From NCBI GenBank assembly GCA_046757525.1, contig JBHHYI010000065.1, positions 1 to 22,304 of the forward strand: 22,304 nt of DNA, read 5' to 3'. Of the stretch, positions 16,900-22,304 are shown piece after piece (the stretch's first letter is position 1; each line of letters starts with the position of its first letter). A program made the translations under genes and the position numbers. Under the pieces are notes generated by a model. The model was not told where the DNA came from, did no database searches, and was given only the letters and a program-made list of their open reading frames with translations. Origin of the DNA: a bacterium. Lineage in GTDB: Bacteria > Zhuqueibacterota > Zhuqueibacteria > Oceanimicrobiales > Oceanimicrobiaceae.

Positions 16900-19800
16900 A
16901 TGATCAAAGTTCTCATTAACGATTCCTTCAAAAAGTTCTTAATCAATCAACCTCCTGAATACCGCAGGAGAGTCCGACAAAAATTTGAGTATCTGGAAAT
17001 TGGCTACTGGGAAGGCGGGCTGAAGGTCAAGAAGATTAAAAACATCGCCAGCAATAAGGCCATCTTCGAAGCCAGACTTGACCGCGCCAACCGCATGCTG
17101 TTTACCCTGGGCACCGGTAACGAGGGTTCCGGCCAGAATTGGCTCATTTATATATGGGGTATCGTAAGCCATGACGACATTTCCCACGGCAGCCAGCATA
17201 TTCCCAACAATGTGCCTTTCTTGCAATTCAAACCTTATGAGGAAGAATCGCTTAAAGAGACGCTGCTTGAGGACCTGGAGAAATTCTATTTCACCCAGGA
17301 GAGCATTACGCAGAAAGTCACCGATGACTCGGCTACTCAAAAATGGCATTTTCTGGGAAAAGAAGACTGGGGTAGGATCGAGGACTATCGACAGGATGAC
17401 TTTGAATTGGCTTTGTACCTGACGCCAGAGCAGCAGGAGGTCTTAAACAAACCCTTACCCTTGTTGGTATCCGGAACGGCTGGAAGCGGTAAAACCACCC
17501 TCGGCATCTACTACCTGTTGAAACTACCCCTGGCAAAAGAAAAAAAACTATTCGTCACCTATAATAAATATTTGAAAAATGCCGCCCTCAAACTTTACAA
17601 TGGCTTGTTGAACGCCACCCCGTTCAAGAATGAATTCATTTGTCCGGATTTTCTCACCTTCCAAGATTATTGTCTGCAGGTTGCAGAGCATTATCATAGA
17701 AAATTTTCCACAGAAAAAGAAGTCACCTTCGAGAAATTCAATGAACTGATGCTCTCACACAGCCAGGCGCACAAGTTCGATGCACCGCTCATCTGGGAGG
17801 AAATCCGTTCCATCATCAAAGGTGCTCTGCCTCAAATCAACGTAAACATTGTAAAGCAGGCTTTGCAAAAACTTCAAGCAGGTCAAATCAGCCCCGGCCT
17901 GATACAGGCGCTGCAACAGCAATTCTACACTTTTGCCCAACTGCGATCTCTGCATAAAGTGGGGCAGTTTGTGCAAAAGTATTTAGACACCAACATTTTG
18001 ACCTTTTCAAAAAATATCGACTCTTACCTGGAAACCAGACGGGATCGGCTACTCACCACTCTAGACCGAACTCTGAATTTGCTGGAAAAAGAAAGAGAAC
18101 TCACTCAGAAAAAATATCTTTCTTTTGTGGACTATGAAGCTTTAGGCAAGAAGAAAGCCCCCAATTTTCAGTTCGACCGTAAACAGATTTACCACATATT
18201 TGAATGGTATCAGGACAAGCTTAACCGAGAGGGATGGTGGGACGAACTGGACCTCAGCAGAGAGGCGATGAATCTACTCAATGAAAGGGAGTCGGAAGAA
18301 CAACGCTACGACCTTGTGGTCTGCGACGAAATTCAGGATTTAACGGATGTGCAGCACGAACTGCTCTTCTACATCGTACGCAAGCCCATAGATTTGTTGC
18401 TGTGCGGCGACATCAAACAGATCATCAATCCAAGTGGCTTTCGCTGGGAAGAATTAAAAAGGCATTTTTACGAACGCGAGATGAAAATTCCGGAGATTTA
18501 TTTTTTAAGTCTCAACTTCCGCAGCTCTGGCAGCATCGTGGAGTTATCCAACACGCTGTTGGAGCTAAAATCCGCCCTGGTAGGCAGCAGCGCCGAAGAA
18601 CTGAAAGAGGACTGGAAATACAAGGGGCGTCCGCCGGTGGTAGTAAAGAATGTAACCGAACAGACCATACTGCAGAATGTTCGCAGCACCGGGGCGAAGA
18701 AAACCATTCTCGTGCGCACCGAGGAAGAAAAACATAGGCTGCAAAAAGTGCTTGAAACTGAACTAATTTTCACCATTTACGAAAGCAAGGGGCTGGAATT
18801 CGACACCGTGCTGCTGTGGAACTTTTGCAGCGATAAAGCCTCAAAAGATGTCTGGAAAGTGATTTTGCAGGAATCGAGCCGAGAAGTTCACCGGGCGAAA
18901 ATCAAACACGAAATCAATCTGCTTTATGTGGCGATTACCCGCGCACAGAGAGACCTGCTAATTTACGACGGTAAACAACCCTCCCTCATCTGGAACAGCG
19001 ATCTGATTGGCGATAAGATTTACGCCACCGATGACCTCTCTTATATCGGAAATATCTGGAACATCATTTCCACCCCGGAGGAATGGCGGGAGCAGGGAGA
19101 TTATTTCTTCGAGCGGGAATACTACAAGGCGGCCATGGAATGCTACAAGAATGCCGGTCAGGAGATGCTGCTGTCAAAAGCCAGAGCCTATGAGGCCGAA
19201 AAAAGGCAAGATTTTCACCTGGCTGCCACCTACTTCGAGAAAATCGGTGAACTTGAGAAAGCGGCCAGTCATTTTGAGAAAGACGAACAGTACGACAAGG
19301 CTTTCCAGTTGTGGAAAAGATTAAAAAACCGAGAACAGGCTTCCCGCTGTCATCTGAAACTGCTGGAGCGGGAAGGTCGTTACGATGAACTGGCAAAGAT
19401 GTACTTGTCACGAAAGGATTATCCGCAGGCGTTTGATATGTTGTTACGGGCAAAAATGTATGAAATGGCTGCCGAGGTGAGCCTGAAGCATCTCAAAGAT
19501 CTGACAAACGCCGCCGTCAATTATGAAAAAGCAGGTCGCTATCAAAAGGCCGCCCAACTTTACCAGAAAACCAAGAATCTGGAAAAAGCGGCCGAACTGT
19601 TCGATCAGGCAAAGGATTATGATAGTGCTGAAAAATTGTGGAAGCGGTTGAAGCGACAGGACCGGTTAGTTTCGCTTTATCACAAAACCAAAAATTATCC
19701 CGAACTGCTAAGGATATATGAAAAAGCCAGAAATTTCGATAAAGCGGTTGGAGTTCTAAAGAAAATTTCAACTGGTCCTGAATTGCAAACCCAGGCCACA

Positions 19801-21162
19801 GATCTCTTTAAAAACAGGAAATATTTCCATGCCCTCATCAGATTTTATATCCTCAACGATTATCCAAACACAGCCGAGTGTTATTTTAAACTGAAAAATT
19901 ATGCCGAAGCGGGTCACTACTATGAGTTAACCGATAATCCTTTCCAGGCAGCGCTCGCCTATCAAAAGGCTAAAGACTATCGGGCAGCCTTTGTTAATTT
20001 TCTGCAATCCGAAGAAGATCGGCAGAACGACTTCGCTCGCGCCAAAAGAATATCGAGGCGTATTATCTTTCCCAAAATTGAAGAGACTGCAAAAAAATTC
20101 TACAAGCAAAAGCGGTATGTACCGGCCGCTGTCTGCTTTGCCCTCACTTATAACTATGTGCAGGCGGGCATCTGTTACCTGGAAAACAGTCAGCCCGAAA
20201 AAACTCATGAGTACTGGCAAAAATGCCTCTCAGACGGGTGGATGCTGGAAACCCTTGCTCGCTACTGCCTACTGAAGCGCAAAGTTGACTTCGGAGCGCA
20301 ATTTATTTTGAACCAGCCTCGCTATGCCTACCATTTTCTTTACCACGACTTCAGTGCGCCACCGCAGGAGCAGTTTTCGCTTCTCAAAATGATGGACGAA
20401 TATTTTGCCAACCGTCCGGATAAGAAAGAGATGTTAAAATGGGTGGACATTCTGGGTAATTTTGGTTTTGAAGCGGAAATTGAAAACAAAAAACTTATGT
20501 ACGTGGAAAAGAGCGGCGACTATAATCGATATTTTAATAACCTGAAAAACCTCTCTTATTATTACCCGGAGTTTTTGCAAGCATTTAAAAAAGAATGTAG
20601 ACGGGAATATGAAGGTTTAATCAATGATAGCTCTGAAATATCTGCTATTAAACTCTATTTCTTAGGAAAATTTCAAGACTTTAACCGGGTGGTGCAAAGA
20701 CTGGAACTCACGGAGAATAACTATGAGATTTTTGCCGATTCGGATCATTATGAAAAAGCCATTGAGCTTATGCTCCAAAAAGGCAAATTTTATGATGTTA
20801 AATGGATTTTGGTACAAAAAAATGAATTTCTTAAATTAGCACAAATAGCGGAAGAATGCAGTTTTCTGGATGTGGCGGCCCATTATTATGGGGTGCATGG
20901 AGATTATCTGAAATCAGCAATGCTGTATGAAAAAATCAAAAAGTTCTATAAAGCAGGGGATGCTTGCTATAAAGCCAAAAACTACCAGAAGGCGCTGGAA
21001 ATGTATATCAAAAGCGGAAAGGGTAAAGCCAAAATTGCCCTGACCTACGAGAAACTTGAAGAATACGCCGAAGCGGCTAAAATATGGAAAGAATTGGGTA
21101 AGACGAAAAAATACCAGAAGTGCCTGGCCAAATTGCATGTGCAAAATCTTAATCTGTTTTGA
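16900..21162 (+). CDS. RelE-like domain + UvrD/SF1 helicase + TPR repeat protein (TRANK1-like)
   Basis: Q motif LTPEQQ, Walker A GTAGSGKT, Walker B DEIQD, GDIKQ, NFRS, KGLEFD and LYVAITRA. About 690 aa of Tyr/Ala-rich helical repeats follow. The N-terminal ~95 aa has a RelE/ParE-like pattern. Confidence 0.9.
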   Translation: MIKVLINDSFKKFLINQPPEYRRRVRQKFEYLEIGYWEGGLKVKKIKNIASNKAIFEARLDRANRMLFTLGTGNEGSGQNWLIYIWGIVSHDDISHGSQHIPNNVPFLQFKPYEEESLKETLLEDLEKFYFTQESITQKVTDDSATQKWHFLGKEDWGRIEDYRQDDFELALYLTPEQQEVLNKPLPLLVSGTAGSGKTTLGIYYLLKLPLAKEKKLFVTYNKYLKNAALKLYNGLLNATPFKNEFICPDFLTFQDYCLQVAEHYHRKFSTEKEVTFEKFNELMLSHSQAHKFDAPLIWEEIRSIIKGALPQINVNIVKQALQKLQAGQISPGLIQALQQQFYTFAQLRSLHKVGQFVQKYLDTNILTFSKNIDSYLETRRDRLLTTLDRTLNLLEKERELTQKKYLSFVDYEALGKKKAPNFQFDRKQIYHIFEWYQDKLNREGWWDELDLSREAMNLLNERESEEQRYDLVVCDEIQDLTDVQHELLFYIVRKPIDLLLCGDIKQIINPSGFRWEELKRHFYEREMKIPEIYFLSLNFRSSGSIVELSNTLLELKSALVGSSAEELKEDWKYKGRPPVVVKNVTEQTILQNVRSTGAKKTILVRTEEEKHRLQKVLETELIFTIYESKGLEFDTVLLWNFCSDKASKDVWKVILQESSREVHRAKIKHEINLLYVAITRAQRDLLIYDGKQPSLIWNSDLIGDKIYATDDLSYIGNIWNIISTPEEWREQGDYFFEREYYKAAMECYKNAGQEMLLSKARAYEAEKRQDFHLAATYFEKIGELEKAASHFEKDEQYDKAFQLWKRLKNREQASRCHLKLLEREGRYDELAKMYLSRKDYPQAFDMLLRAKMYEMAAEVSLKHLKDLTNAAVNYEKAGRYQKAAQLYQKTKNLEKAAELFDQAKDYDSAEKLWKRLKRQDRLVSLYHKTKNYPELLRIYEKARNFDKAVGVLKKISTGPELQTQATDLFKNRKYFHALIRFYILNDYPNTAECYFKLKNYAEAGHYYELTDNPFQAALAYQKAKDYRAAFVNFLQSEEDRQNDFARAKRISRRIIFPKIEETAKKFYKQKRYVPAAVCFALTYNYVQAGICYLENSQPEKTHEYWQKCLSDGWMLETLARYCLLKRKVDFGAQFILNQPRYAYHFLYHDFSAPPQEQFSLLKMMDEYFANRPDKKEMLKWVDILGNFGFEAEIENKKLMYVEKSGDYNRYFNNLKNLSYYYPEFLQAFKKECRREYEGLINDSSEISAIKLYFLGKFQDFNRVVQRLELTENNYEIFADSDHYEKAIELMLQKGKFYDVKWILVQKNEFLKLAQIAEECSFLDVAAHYYGVHGDYLKSAMLYEKIKKFYKAGDACYKAKNYQKALEMYIKSGKGKAKIALTYEKLEEYAEAAKIWKELGKTKKYQKCLAKLHVQNLNLF

Positions 21163-21213
21163 TTTGGCATGAACCAGAAAGAAAAGTACAAGCCGTTTGT
21201 CTAAAAATTACCA

Positions 21214-22304
21214 ATGAATCTCATCACCCTCGCCGTAAAACGCCCTACGGCTGTGGCCATGTTTGCCCTGGCTGTGGTTTTCACCGGCATGATGGCCTTT
21301 AATCGTCTGCCGCTGCAGCTTACCCCAGATGTGGATTTCCCCAGGCTGTCGGTGGTGACCTTCTGGCCGGACAGTTCTCCGGAAACCATCGAGGCTTTTG
21401 TCACCTCACCCATCGAAGCCGCCGCCAACGCCGTTACCCATGTCAGGAAGGTCGATTCGGTTTCCGAAGATGGGAAATCCACGGTAAATATTGAATTCGC
21501 CCGCGGCACCGACATGGATTTCGCCGCCCTGGAGATGAACGAGAAGCTTTCTATTGTCCGCGAAGACCTGCCGTTTGGCGTGCAGCCGCCACGCATTCAG
21601 AAATATGTTCCCAAAGAGTTTCAAACCGGCCGATTCCTGTCCTACCATCTCACGGGCCAGATGACGCTAGCAGAAATTCGGCGCTATGCCCTGGAACACA
21701 TTCGGGGTCCTTTGCTGGGCGTTGAAGGTGTGGCCGACGTACAGGTGCTCGGCGGACAGGACGTTGCATTGCAAATCACACTGGATCCTACGAAACTGCG
21801 AAGCCAGCATAGTAGGAAATCCAAAGATCGCCAGGGTTTTCACCAACGTCATGCCAGAATTTGCACGAATGGAGATCACCTTCCCCGAAGAGGTCAAACG
21901 CTCGATTTTTCCCTTAGTACTCAAAGAGCAGCTCACGTATCTGGCCACGCAGGTTGCCGGGCCTTCGGTTGGCGTGTACGGCTACGGCCCGGGTTTTTAT
22001 AGCGGTGGCGGTGCAGCGCCACAGTACTCTTTGCAGATGCAAGGCTACAATTACAACGAGCTCAAACGATTAGCTGAGGCGCTGGGCAAGAAGTTGACAC
22101 GCCTGCCCCGCGTCCGCGAGGTTGACACCAACAGTACTTTAGGGTTTCGCACCAGAGAGAACCTTTTTGAGATGGTGTTGCGGGTAGACAGAGCAAAGCT
22201 GCTGCGCTTTCATTTGACCGCCGGCCAGGTGTTGGCTGCCCTGCAAAGTTATCTGCGCGGGATCTCCTTTGAATACCGCGGCCCGTGGAAGTTCGGCGAC
22301 CGTC
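21214..22304 (+). pseudogene. RND efflux permease (AcrB/AcrD/AcrF family) with internal deletions, running off the window edge
   Basis: AVKRPTAV, PDVDFPRLSV, VTSPIE and GVADVQVLGG in the first 195 aa. At ~21800 a +1 frame continues with second-half periplasmic sequence (GYGPGFYSGG, GYNYNELKRLAE, PRVREVD, FEYRGPWKFG). TM2-7 are missing. Confidence 0.85.

Noticed and set aside
16900..21162. Assignment as housekeeping uvrD/pcrA/rep or as Gabija GajB
   Set aside because: It has extra N-terminal and TPR domains, is about twice the usual length, and has no adjacent GajA/OLD nuclease.
21805..22002. C-terminal tail of the 262-aa ORF (QHSRKSKDRQ...)
   Set aside because: Out-of-frame read-through after the deletion. 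The RND-like sequence is in the +1 frame.
1..22304. CRISPR array, tRNA, rRNA, integrase or reverse transcriptase
   Set aside because: No regularly spaced repeats, cloverleaf or relevant catalytic motifs were seen by eye.

Overview
Bacterial genomic DNA of mixed GC. Gene content is compatible with an FCB-related lineage such as KSB1/Calditrichota, but that is inference only. Bases 1-5200 are a minus-strand housekeeping block: a candidate ~180-nt small RNA or leader, a C4 zinc-ribbon coiled-coil protein, RNase P RNA (rnpB), recJ, an acyl-CoA carboxylase beta subunit and the 5' end of an AtuA-family gene. Two Spy/CpxP-like lipoproteins follow, each with an ECF-sigma-type promoter. About 7.9-16.4 kb is a decayed accessory/defence island: remnants of HicA, a DUF1156 methyltransferase, a DUF6922/AbiEii pair with a mutated DxD motif, a PIN toxin and a PLD-helicase, then an internally deleted hsdR, an IS1595 with both inverted repeats, an ISL3 3' remnant, a truncated MauE-rhodanese and a broken beta-propeller gene. 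The window ends in a doubly deleted RND permease. Among these broken genes sits one intact 1420-aa gene with its own promoter: a RelE-like N-terminal domain, a UvrD/SF1 helicase and a long TPR solenoid. Its helicase motifs resemble eukaryotic TRANK1 as I recall it. It is the best candidate here for an undescribed single-gene sensor-effector defence system.
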